NCBI GenBank assembly: GCA_028282585.1
Contig: JANQHR010000009.1
Span: forward strand, 1-27,098
DNA: 27,098 bases
Reading direction: 5' to 3'
DNA from: Bacteroidales bacterium
GTDB taxonomy: Bacteria > Bacteroidota > Bacteroidia > Bacteroidales > UBA12077
The notes under the pieces are model-generated. The model was not told where the DNA came from. It searched no databases and saw only the letters and a list, made by a program, of their open reading frames with translations. The position numbers and the translations under genes are program-made. Shown here in pieces: positions 1 to 8,278 of this stretch (its first letter is position 1; every line of letters begins with the position of its first letter).

Positions 1-2
1 AG

Positions 3-1571
3 CCTATTTCCGGCGATATTCGTTTGATGGGAGGAAGTTATGCAACCTTAGGAGGAAAATTTGATCTGGAAGGAAACCAGAATATAAAAGGGAAAAAACT
101 TTATTGGGGATTAAATGGTTTTTACCGGCAAGGCGATGATTATATTATAGAACCTAAAGACGTAAGAGATTCAACAGATGTTGAAGTTTATTTAAGAGAA
201 AACAAAGTTGGAGCTTCATTAGGCTATGTATTCAATGATAAAAATAAAATTGAAGTTGAATATAGTTACTACGATGATAAACGTGGTGATGGCCGACAAG
301 TATATTTAGATGACGGAGGTTATGTAAAATATACAACCAATTTTGTTCGTACAAAATATAATGGTGAGTTAGGAAAATTAAAAATAGAAATGAATGGCTA
401 TTTACAACATGAAAACTATTATCAATTTAATGAATCAATAAATCAGGACGGGAATTATAAAATATCAAAAAGAGACCAAATATCACTTGATTATGGAATT
501 TGGGCAAATGCAACCAGAGAGTTTAATAAGAAAAACTGGCTGACTTTTGGATTAGATATTAAACAGGGGTATATGGATGCATCTGAAATATATATAACTT
601 CAACAGATACTTTAGACCGTGATGGAAAAGTTCAGTTTTATGCCGCCTATTTACAAGATGAACAAAGATTTTTTAATGATAAGTTAAAAATAATTGCAGG
701 GCTGAGGTTTGATTACGCCAGATTTTATGACGGGAGTATTTATGTAGCGACTCCGACTTCAAATACAGGATTTGAAGAACCGGTTTCAGAAAACTATAGT
801 ACATCAAATTGGACTGCTTTAAGTCCGAAACTGGCAATTCAATATGAGATTATTCCTGAAATTAAATCATACTTCTCTGCTTCATCTGGTTTTATGCCAC
901 CGAAATTAGATGATTTGATCTCAACGCGTAAAGTCAGTACTGGTTTTAAAAAAGCTAATCCGGATTTACAGCCACAAACTTTAAGCAATTACGAATTGGG
1001 TTTTAATACTCGCCCATCTAAAAAGTCACAACTTAAGATAGCTGGTTATTATTCAATAGGCAAAGATTTTCATTATTTTGTTGAGACCGGAAGAGAGGTT
1101 GATGGGAGAAGAGAGATCTTCAGAGATAATATAGCCAAAGTTGAGATTATTGGAACAGAATTATTCTTTCAGCATAATTTTACCAATAACCTAATATTCA
1201 AAACGAATTATACTCACAATCATTCTACAATTAAGGAATTTGATGTAACAGATTCTGAGCGAAATGACATAACCGGCAATAAAATAGCTGAAGTTCCCCC
1301 GCATCAGGCTTTTGCAGGTATTTTCTGGAATAATAAGTATTTAAATTCAACATTGGTTGCAAATTATGTAGGCGAGATGTATGAAAATGAAGAAAATACG
1401 AATTTGGTGGAGGATTACTTAACCGTTGATATCAGATTATCCAGAATGTTAACTAAGAGCTTGTTCTTTGCTTTAGATATACAAAATATCTTTGATAATG
1501 TATATATTGATAAAAAACAACGCCTTTCTCCGGGAAGATTTATTATGGTAGAGCTTGCGTATAAATTTTAG
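3..1571 (+). CDS. TonB-dependent outer membrane receptor, beta-barrel part (5' partial; the frame is open from the window start)
   Basis: Frame is open upstream of the ORF-track start at 24. Barrel motifs AYLQDEQRF...IIAGLRFD, LSPKLAIQY, NPDLQPQTLSNYELG and DIQNIFD..Y...PGR; ends in Phe (ELAYKF). Confidence 0.93.
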   Translation, partial: PISGDIRLMGGSYATLGGKFDLEGNQNIKGKKLYWGLNGFYRQGDDYIIEPKDVRDSTDVEVYLRENKVGASLGYVFNDKNKIEVEYSYYDDKRGDGRQVYLDDGGYVKYTTNFVRTKYNGELGKLKIEMNGYLQHENYYQFNESINQDGNYKISKRDQISLDYGIWANATREFNKKNWLTFGLDIKQGYMDASEIYITSTDTLDRDGKVQFYAAYLQDEQRFFNDKLKIIAGLRFDYARFYDGSIYVATPTSNTGFEEPVSENYSTSNWTALSPKLAIQYEIIPEIKSYFSASSGFMPPKLDDLISTRKVSTGFKKANPDLQPQTLSNYELGFNTRPSKKSQLKIAGYYSIGKDFHYFVETGREVDGRREIFRDNIAKVEIIGTELFFQHNFTNNLIFKTNYTHNHSTIKEFDVTDSERNDITGNKIAEVPPHQAFAGIFWNNKYLNSTLVANYVGEMYENEENTNLVEDYLTVDIRLSRMLTKSLFFALDIQNIFDNVYIDKKQRLSPGRFIMVELAYKF

Positions 1572-1623
1572 CCTTAGAAAGATTTAAGCGATCCTTTTTC
1601 AGTTTTTTGTAAACCCAACAATT

Positions 1624-1631
1624 TATATTTG
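1624..1631 (+). promoter_or_regulatory. Bacteroidota sigma-A -7 box (TATATTTG) upstream of the HD-domain gene
   Basis: Exact TAnnTTTG match about 25 nt before the start codon. Confidence 0.55.
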
Positions 1632-1655
1632 CTCCTGTTTTAAGTTAAATAATTT

Positions 1656-2510
1656 GTGATGATTTCAAGAGGATTAGTAAATACATATCATAATTGGTTT
1701 GACAATTACATCGGACAGTTTCTGAATAAATATCCGGAACTGGAAGAAAATATTCAAATCAAGGCAGATCACTGTAGAAAAGTTGCAAAGGAAATTGTTG
1801 GAATAGCTCAAAGCTTAATGCTTGGCGAAAGGGAAGTGTTGTTGGCAGAAACAATTGGATTATTCCATGATATTGGAAGGTTCATGCAATATGTAAAATA
1901 CCAAACTTTTTCGGATTCAAAATCTCAAAATCATGCTGAACTTGGAGTGGAAGTTTTGAAAGAGAAAAATATATTAAAAGATCTTACAGAAGATAAAAGG
2001 GAAATTATACATAAATCAATATTAAATCACAGTAAGGCTGAAATTATTCCTGATAGTAATGAGAAGGTAATTTATTATTCAAAGTTAGTTAGAGATGCAG
2101 ACAAGCTGGATATTTGGAGGTTAATAACTGAATATTATATGGTAAAAGAGCAGAAATCTGCCCGCTTGTCTTTGGAACAAGCAGGTCCGACAGGCGGGAA
2201 AAATAAAACGCTTGAACTGGAATTACTTGATAGTAATAGTATAAGTGAAAAAGTTATACAAGCAATTTTAAATAAAAAAGTAGTTTTAAAAGAATCTCTC
2301 AAAACACTTAATGATTTTAAATTATTACAGATTGGTTGGTTGTTTGATCTTAATTTTGAATACTCAATTAAGCGTTTATATGAAAAGAAATATCTTGAAA
2401 AGATATTTAAAACATTACCAAGAAATGAAAAGGTATTTCAAATTCAAAGGATTGTAGATGAGTATTTTGAGCAACATATCAAAACATTTACCCATGAAGG
2501 TAGTTGTTAA
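1656..2510 (+). CDS. HD-domain metal-dependent phosphohydrolase (start 1656 GTG or 1659 ATG)
   Basis: H...HD...D pattern: KADHC, GLFHDIGRF, NHAELG, NHS, RDADKLDI. Confidence 0.88.
   Translation: MMISRGLVNTYHNWFDNYIGQFLNKYPELEENIQIKADHCRKVAKEIVGIAQSLMLGEREVLLAETIGLFHDIGRFMQYVKYQTFSDSKSQNHAELGVEVLKEKNILKDLTEDKREIIHKSILNHSKAEIIPDSNEKVIYYSKLVRDADKLDIWRLITEYYMVKEQKSARLSLEQAGPTGGKNKTLELELLDSNSISEKVIQAILNKKVVLKESLKTLNDFKLLQIGWLFDLNFEYSIKRLYEKKYLEKIFKTLPRNEKVFQIQRIVDEYFEQHIKTFTHEGSC
2157..2198. repeat. GC-rich 42-bp palindromic (REP/MITE-like) segment in frame within the HD gene
   Basis: TCTGCCCGCTTGTCTTTGGAACAAGCAGGTCCGACAGGCGGG is 26/42 G+C in a strongly AT-rich gene. CCCGCTTGTC pairs with GACAGGCGGG (one G:T) and GCTTGT pairs with ACAAGC. 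AAA codons flank both sides. Confidence 0.65.
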
Positions 2511-2566
2511 TAGTGAAGTTTTATCCGTTGATAAAAAAGGAAAGTACAGGGAGTCGGGATTATAAT

Positions 2567-2598
2567 CCATTATTACATTAATCCAATATTCCGATTAA
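2567..2598. repeat. Degenerate 8-bp tandem array
   Basis: CCATTATT ACATTAAT CCAATATT CCGATTAA. Confidence 0.45.
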
Positions 2599-2603
2599 AT
2601 ATT

Positions 2604-2611
2604 TAATTTTG
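2604..2611 (+). promoter_or_regulatory. -7 box (TAATTTTG) for moeA-moaA-moaC
   Basis: TAnnTTTG match 15 nt before ATG 2627. It overlaps the ORF-track TTG start, which argues for 2627 as the true start. Confidence 0.55.
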
Positions 2612-2626
2612 CCCAAAACTTTTATA

Positions 2627-3796
2627 ATGATAACCATAGAACAAGCATACGATATAGTCCTTAGAAACACTTATCAGTTAGGAACTGAAAAAGTTTCTTT
2701 TACCAATTCGTTAGGAAGAATTTTAGCTGAAAATGTTCATTCCGATATTGAAATGCCTCCTTTTGATAAATCGGCAATGGATGGTTATGCCTGTAGGAAA
2801 GAAGATCTGGATAATCTATTGGAGGTCGTAGAAGTTATTCCTGCCGGTAAAACCCCAGAAAAGAAAATTAGCAAAAACCAGTGTGCTAACATTATGACAG
2901 GAGCTCCTATACCGGAAGGTGCCGATATGGTTGTGCAGGTCGAATTGACTGAAATGAATGGCAACTTTGTAAAAGTTTTGGAGACTCCTAAAAAAAATAA
3001 TATAAGTTATCAGGGTGAAGATGTTAAAGCCGGAGCTAAGGTTTTAGGAAAGGGGATAAAAATAGAAGCTCAGCATATAGCTGTTTTTGCAGCAGTTGGT
3101 TATACTAATGTTTTGGTTTATAAACAACCTAAAGTTGGAATTATTTCAACTGGAGATGAGTTGGTGGAACCACAAAATAAACCATCCATTTCTCAAATAA
3201 GAAATAGTAATGGCTATCAGTTAATTGGACAGGTAAAAGCTTGTGGTGCAATTGCAAACTATATAGGAATTGCAGAAGACACTCCCGAAGATACTTTGGA
3301 TAAAGTAAGTAATGCTTTAAATGAAAATGATATTGTATTACTTACCGGTGGGGTTTCAATGGGATCATTCGATTTTGTACCAAAAGTTTTGGAAGATGCA
3401 GGAGTAAAGATTGATTTTGATGCGATAGCAGTTAAACCAGGAAAACCAACCACTTTTGGAATGGCAGGTAAGAAATTTTGTTTTGGTTTACCCGGAAATC
3501 CTGTTTCGTCATTTATGCAGTTCGATTTATTGGTAAAGCCATTAATTTACAATTTAATGGGGCAGGAATATAATGCGATGGATATTCAAATGCCAATGGG
3601 AATTGAATTAAAAAGAAAAAATGCTGACCGAAGAGCATATTTCCCGATAATAATAAAAAACGGGCACATATTTCCTGTTGATTATCATGGTTCGGCTCAT
3701 ATACATGCCTTATCTTCGGCGCACGGAATTATTTCCATGGAAATAGGGAAAGAAGAGATTAAGAAAGGAGAAATGGTTCATGTTCGACAGATTTAA
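2627..3796 (+). CDS. moeA: Molybdopterin molybdenumtransferase MoeA (gephyrin-like)
   Basis: PPFDKSAMDGYA, IMTGAPIPEGAD, STGDEL, RNSN, TGGVSMG..DFVP, KPGKP and GLPGNPVSS motifs. Confidence 0.96.
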   Translation: MITIEQAYDIVLRNTYQLGTEKVSFTNSLGRILAENVHSDIEMPPFDKSAMDGYACRKEDLDNLLEVVEVIPAGKTPEKKISKNQCANIMTGAPIPEGADMVVQVELTEMNGNFVKVLETPKKNNISYQGEDVKAGAKVLGKGIKIEAQHIAVFAAVGYTNVLVYKQPKVGIISTGDELVEPQNKPSISQIRNSNGYQLIGQVKACGAIANYIGIAEDTPEDTLDKVSNALNENDIVLLTGGVSMGSFDFVPKVLEDAGVKIDFDAIAVKPGKPTTFGMAGKKFCFGLPGNPVSSFMQFDLLVKPLIYNLMGQEYNAMDIQMPMGIELKRKNADRRAYFPIIIKNGHIFPVDYHGSAHIHALSSAHGIISMEIGKEEIKKGEMVHVRQI

Positions 3797-4580
3797 CCGA
3801 AAAATAAATTATTTAAGAATTTCAGTTACTGATAGATGCAATTTACGTTGTATTTATTGTATGCCCGAAGAAGGCGTGAAATTACTTTCTCACCAGGATA
3901 TTTTAACTTTCGATGAAATTGTTGAGGTTACAAAAGCAGCTGTTCGTAAAGGTGTTGATAAAATTAGAATAACAGGAGGCGAACCATTAGTTCGAAAGGG
4001 CATTGTTGATTTAGTTGAAATGATTGGTAAAATTGAAGGAATTAAAGATTACTCCATAACTACCAATGCTATTCTTTTGGATAAGTTTGCTGACGATTTA
4101 GCTAAAGCGGGCTTGCAAAGGGTAAATATAAGCCTTGATACTCTAAATCCTGAAAAGTTTAAAGAATTAACCAGAGGAGGTGATATTCAAAAAGTTTTTG
4201 ATGGAATTGAAGCTGCAAAAAAAGCAGGTTTAGAACCAATAAAAGTTAATTGTGTGATCAAGGAATCTGATCTGGAACAGGATGCTGTTGAGGTAGCTGA
4301 ATATTGCAAAAAAAACGGATTACAAATTCGGTTTATTAAAGAAATGGATTTGGAAACTGGTGAATTCGGAGTAGTTCAAGGTGGATCAGGTGGAGATTGT
4401 GGGACTTGCAACAGAATTCGCTTAACGGCAAATGGTACAATTAAACCTTGCTTATTTAGTGATATCTCTTATAGTGTAAGAAAATTAGGGGCTGAAAGAG
4501 CAATTGATTTGGCTATAGGAAATAAACCACAGTCGGGGCATACAAATATTACTGGCAAATTCTATAACATTGGAGGTTAA
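3780..4580 (+). CDS. moaA: GTP 3',8-cyclase MoaA (radical SAM), short form; overlaps moeA by 17 nt
   Basis: YLRISVTDRCNLRCIYCMP (CxxxCxxC), IRITGGEP, RVNISLDTL, Cx2Cx13C (CGTCNRIRLTANGTIKPC) and C-terminal GG. Confidence 0.94.
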   Translation: MFDRFNRKINYLRISVTDRCNLRCIYCMPEEGVKLLSHQDILTFDEIVEVTKAAVRKGVDKIRITGGEPLVRKGIVDLVEMIGKIEGIKDYSITTNAILLDKFADDLAKAGLQRVNISLDTLNPEKFKELTRGGDIQKVFDGIEAAKKAGLEPIKVNCVIKESDLEQDAVEVAEYCKKNGLQIRFIKEMDLETGEFGVVQGGSGGDCGTCNRIRLTANGTIKPCLFSDISYSVRKLGAERAIDLAIGNKPQSGHTNITGKFYNIGG

Positions 4581-4591
4581 ATGGTTAAAAA

Positions 4592-4665
4592 TTTCAGGTT
4601 TCAAGTTTCAAATTATGACTAACTTGCAATCCGAAATTTTAAATCCGAAATTTTAAATCTGAAAT
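4592..4665. repeat. Inverted pair of heptamer tandem arrays in the moaA-moaC spacer
   Basis: TTTCAGG TTTCAAG TTTCAAA (4592-4612) faces AATCCGAAATTTTA x2 + AATCTGAAAT (4628-4665). The two arrays are imperfect reverse complements. Confidence 0.75.
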
Positions 4666-5121
4666 ATGGGAAAGTTAAGTCATGTTGATGAAAAAGGTAA
4701 AGCCAATATGGTTGATGTTGGTGCAAAAGATGATCAAAAGAGAATTGCAAAAGCGACAGGTCATATTTCTTTGAGACCTGAAACCATTCAGTTGATCAAA
4801 GATAATTCGATGAAAAAGGGCGATGTATTAACCATAGCAGAGGTTGCAGGAATTCAGGGTGGCAAAAGGACAAGTGAATTAGTTCCATTGTGCCATCCAT
4901 TGCAAATTACCAAGCTAGATGTTAAGGCTACAATTGATGCAACAGGAGTAAGGGTAAATTCAGAAGCTCGCTGTATTGGTAAAACAGGAATTGAAATGGA
5001 AGCTTTAACGGCAGTTTCTGTTGCATTGCTTACTGTTTACGATATGTGCAAAGCAGTAGATAAGGAAATGAATATTGATGAAGTTAAGTTAATTGAAAAA
5101 ACTAAATCAGATATGCAATAG
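4666..5121 (+). CDS. moaC: Cyclic pyranopterin monophosphate synthase MoaC
   Basis: LSHVD..G.ANMVDV, KKGDVL, LVPLCHPL, TGIEMEAL and YDMCKAVD motifs. Confidence 0.97.
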   Translation: MGKLSHVDEKGKANMVDVGAKDDQKRIAKATGHISLRPETIQLIKDNSMKKGDVLTIAEVAGIQGGKRTSELVPLCHPLQITKLDVKATIDATGVRVNSEARCIGKTGIEMEALTAVSVALLTVYDMCKAVDKEMNIDEVKLIEKTKSDMQ

Positions 5122-5164
5122 CTTATTCTGGTTTTGGAAACTTACTTTAGGCCATTTGAGAGCC

Positions 5165-6238
5165 TTATATTTCTCTTAATTCACCAATTACCGGAAGCTC
5201 AATTTTAACTCCTTTAGCTTCAGATGCAGATTTTGCTCTTTCTATTGGTTCTTTCCATGGGTGGATACTTAGTTTAAATTTACTCCAATGTATAGGAAGG
5301 AATAAATCTCCTTTCAAATCAATATGTGCATCTACCGATTGTTCTGGCATAGCATGAATCTGAGACCAGTTTTCATTGTATTGACCACACTCAATACAAG
5401 TCAAGGCAAAAGGGCCATATTTACTCCCAATCTCCTTGAAATGTTTTCCGTAACCCGAATCTCCTCCAAAAAATATGCTTTGTTCCCCGGATTGAATAAC
5501 CCATGAACACCACTGAGTTTTATCTCTGTCCTTGGTTCCGCGCCCTGAAAAATGACGGGCAGGAGTTGATATAAATTTTAACGTTGAATCAATTTCAATA
5601 AACTCATACCAATCAACAACTTCTATTTTATCTTTCGAAATTCCCCACCTCAGTAAATGAGCATTAACACCAAGCGGTACAATAAATTTCTTTGTTTTTG
5701 AATCAATATGCTGAATGGTTCTATAATCTAAATGGTCATAATGGTCATGTGTAATTAGCACTACATCAATATCTGGTAAAACATCTACATTATAATTATT
5801 TACAAAATCGAAAGCTTTGTTAAAAATAGGAACCGGAGATGCTGCTTTGGAAAATACAGGATCGGTAACGATTATCTTGCTATTAATATTAAATAATACA
5901 GTTGAATGACCAAACCAGGTATAAGTGATTCCGGAATCTTTCTTTAAAAATGCTTCTTTATTAAAAATAATCGATTCAATAGGCTCCTGAGGTTTATCAT
6001 CTTTTACACCGGCAATAAACTTTTTAAGTACTTTTCCCATAGATTCACCAGTCATCATTTGGGTGGGCTCCATATTTAGAAATTTACCATCCTTATAATG
6101 TGGCGATGATTCAATTTTTGTTCTATTAAATTTATCAGGTTTACCTCCAAATGTAGGATGAAACTTTATAAATAGATTTATACACAGGATAATAAAAACA
6201 ATTGCTGATATGATAATTATAATGGACATCTTTTTCAT
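5165..6238 (-). CDS. MBL-fold metallo-hydrolase, NAPE-PLD/RomA-like, N-terminally anchored
   Basis: TWFGHST, TDPVF, THDHYDHLD (HxHxDH), PARHFSGR, GGDSGY and PIHWS motifs; hydrophobic N-terminus. Confidence 0.9.
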   Translation of the reverse strand: MKKMSIIIIISAIVFIILCINLFIKFHPTFGGKPDKFNRTKIESSPHYKDGKFLNMEPTQMMTGESMGKVLKKFIAGVKDDKPQEPIESIIFNKEAFLKKDSGITYTWFGHSTVLFNINSKIIVTDPVFSKAASPVPIFNKAFDFVNNYNVDVLPDIDVVLITHDHYDHLDYRTIQHIDSKTKKFIVPLGVNAHLLRWGISKDKIEVVDWYEFIEIDSTLKFISTPARHFSGRGTKDRDKTQWCSWVIQSGEQSIFFGGDSGYGKHFKEIGSKYGPFALTCIECGQYNENWSQIHAMPEQSVDAHIDLKGDLFLPIHWSKFKLSIHPWKEPIERAKSASEAKGVKIELPVIGELREI

Positions 6239-6278
6239 TTAGCTTTTTAAATTATGATTAACGAGTTTAAACCTTGAT

Positions 6279-7205
6279 TTAACTCAAAGCCAAAATAGCT
6301 TTTCCTTTTCTTATTCCTTCCACTTTACATGATATTTTTTCAGGAAAGTCTGTTTTAAAGTATGTTAAATTCGATCGTACTTTGGTTTCAATTCCATAAA
6401 TATCTTTAACAATAATTACAAACTCTTTCTTTCCAAGAGGGTCTTTTTCTTCGATGGTTTTAAGATATTTAAATTTATAACTCTTACCAACTTTATAGTG
6501 TGGATGAACAGGTTCTATTTTTAGGTGGCCATCAGTATGGTATTTTGTAACCGTACATTCAACTTTTTGATTGATCTTAAATTCATAGTGCTGGTACATA
6601 TCTTTTTTCAAAGAATATGAATTATCAAAATCATCTTTTAAAATGTAATAATCATAATCTTCTTCAAGCTTTTTAATATCAGCAACTTTAAAACAATAAT
6701 TCTTTCCGATCCTGAGCCGGGTTTTTTGTTGAGATTCAGGAATTGATAAAAAAAGTTCGCCTTTTTTTATTCTTAATACCTTGCACTTAATGCTGGTTTC
6801 GTTCTGTTCTACTTCAAAATCAACAGGTAAGGAGCAAGTTAATTCAATTCCAAACTTATCTTTTACAACGGCGGCTTTTTCTTCTTCTCCTACAGAATTT
6901 ACTTGGTCAATTATCTTGATTAGCTCAAAACCATAAATTTCCCCCTCTTTGTAAATTGGATTTTCAGGTTCAAGATATATCTTTCCACTACAATTTATTT
7001 TATCGATCTTACACTGAATGGTCTGGTCCTTTTGAAGGTCATAGTGTTTATAATGAATGGTTTTTAAAAGGTGCTTTCCTCCAAAAGGATTGATCAAAAT
7101 ATAAAAAGATTCATCTGTTCCCGGGATTTCAGTGTATCCCGTTATTTTAAACTGGTGTATTTCACCTTCGGTGAACTTATATTGGTTTTGATTTTTCATT
7201 TGCAT
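6279..7205 (-). CDS. Hypothetical protein made of four ~75-aa S1/OB-fold-like repeats
   Basis: Intact 308-aa ORF. Recurring unit x-G-(E/K)-x-Y-x-F ... D-x-F-G ... C-K-V ... G-x-h-x-L. The fold call is an inference. Confidence 0.7.
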   Translation of the reverse strand: MQMKNQNQYKFTEGEIHQFKITGYTEIPGTDESFYILINPFGGKHLLKTIHYKHYDLQKDQTIQCKIDKINCSGKIYLEPENPIYKEGEIYGFELIKIIDQVNSVGEEEKAAVVKDKFGIELTCSLPVDFEVEQNETSIKCKVLRIKKGELFLSIPESQQKTRLRIGKNYCFKVADIKKLEEDYDYYILKDDFDNSYSLKKDMYQHYEFKINQKVECTVTKYHTDGHLKIEPVHPHYKVGKSYKFKYLKTIEEKDPLGKKEFVIIVKDIYGIETKVRSNLTYFKTDFPEKISCKVEGIRKGKAILALS

Positions 7206-7272
7206 TGTAAAAATAAGGTTTTTAGGTTTCTAAACATATATCAAAATTCAATGTTTAAAACTTAGATTTTAT

Positions 7273-7280
7273 TACTTTTG
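7273..7280 (+). promoter_or_regulatory. -7 box (TACTTTTG) for the MOSC-MogA gene
   Basis: TAnnTTTG match 22 nt before ATG 7303. Confidence 0.55.
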
Positions 7281-7302
7281 TGTCAATTCAAAACTTTTAA
7301 GA

Positions 7303-8235
7303 ATGAGTGAGATTAAAGTAGTTTCGGTAAATATTTCAGAGGAAAAAGGTGTAATTAAAAAACCTGTTGAAAAAATCTTTTTAAATGAAAAGGGAGTAGA
7401 AAAGGATGCTCATGCAGGAGATTGGCACAGACAAGTTAGTTTACTGGCGAAAGAAAGTATTGATAAGTTTGAAGAGGTTCTTGGAAGAAAACTGGAATAC
7501 GGTGAGTTTGCAGAGAATATAACTACAGAAGGGATCACCCTTTTTAAAACAAAACCTGGTGATAGAATATATATTGGAGATGTAGAATTAGAGGTAACTC
7601 AAATTGGAAAAAAATGCCATGGTGATGGTTGTGCAATTTTTAGCCAGGTAGGAAAATGTGTTATGCCAAAAGAAGGCATATTTGCTAAAGTTTTGAAAAC
7701 GGGAGAAGTTAAGCCCAATGATACAATTAAATATCTTCCTAAAGTAATCAAGATTTTAATTGTTACACTAAGTGATCGTGCAAGCAAAGGAGAATACGAA
7801 GATAAAAGTGGTCCAAAGATCTACGAAATGGTTACCAACTATTACAAAACCATTGAAATGGAGCATTTAATTGATCATAAAATTATTCCGGATGATGCTG
7901 ATCAATTAAAAAAAATACTTGAAACAGCAAAAGAGGACATGTGTGATGTGATCATTACTACCGGAGGTACGGGAATTGGACCGAGAGATATCACTGTGGA
8001 AACCGTTCAGGAGCTATTAGATAAAGAAATTCCAGGCATAATGGAGATGATTCGTAGTAAGTATGGGAAAGAAAAACCAAATGCATTATTAAGCAGGGGA
8101 GTTGCAGGAGTGATGGGAGGTAGTTTGGTTTATTCTTTACCTGGCAGTGTAAAGGCAGTTCAGGAATATATGACTGAAATCTTAAAAACGGTTCAACATT
8201 TAATATATATGTTACACGGAATTGATGCACATTGA
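7303..8235 (+). CDS. Fusion of an N-terminal MOSC domain and a C-terminal MogA/MoaB molybdopterin adenylyltransferase
   Basis: N-half: DAHAG.WHRQVSLL, FAENITT, TQIGKKCH..GCAIF..VGKCVMPKEGIFAKV. C-half: TLSDR...Y.DKSG, IPDD, TTGGTG.GPRD.T, LSRG, LPGS. Confidence 0.92.
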   Translation: MSEIKVVSVNISEEKGVIKKPVEKIFLNEKGVEKDAHAGDWHRQVSLLAKESIDKFEEVLGRKLEYGEFAENITTEGITLFKTKPGDRIYIGDVELEVTQIGKKCHGDGCAIFSQVGKCVMPKEGIFAKVLKTGEVKPNDTIKYLPKVIKILIVTLSDRASKGEYEDKSGPKIYEMVTNYYKTIEMEHLIDHKIIPDDADQLKKILETAKEDMCDVIITTGGTGIGPRDITVETVQELLDKEIPGIMEMIRSKYGKEKPNALLSRGVAGVMGGSLVYSLPGSVKAVQEYMTEILKTVQHLIYMLHGIDAH

Positions 8236-8236
8236 T

Positions 8237-8244
8237 TATATTTG
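8237..8244 (+). promoter_or_regulatory. -7 box (TATATTTG) for the HDIG gene
   Basis: TAnnTTTG match just after the upstream stop codon, 34 nt before ATG 8279. Confidence 0.45.
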
Positions 8245-8278
8245 AGGTACCTAAATCAAACCTAAAATTAAGAGAATT

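Noticed and set aside
1572-1610. Terminator after the TonB-dependent receptor
   Set aside because: Only a weak, mismatched stem precedes the T runs, which is not enough to call.
3259-3453. Short antisense ORF inside moeA (likewise 5324-5506, 7071-7265, 7599-7787, 7991-8230, 10903-11145, 12874-13188, 14876-15133, 16111-16311, 16593-16874, 18333-18551)
   Set aside because: These are shadows of well-supported genes on the other strand, with no recognisable motifs.
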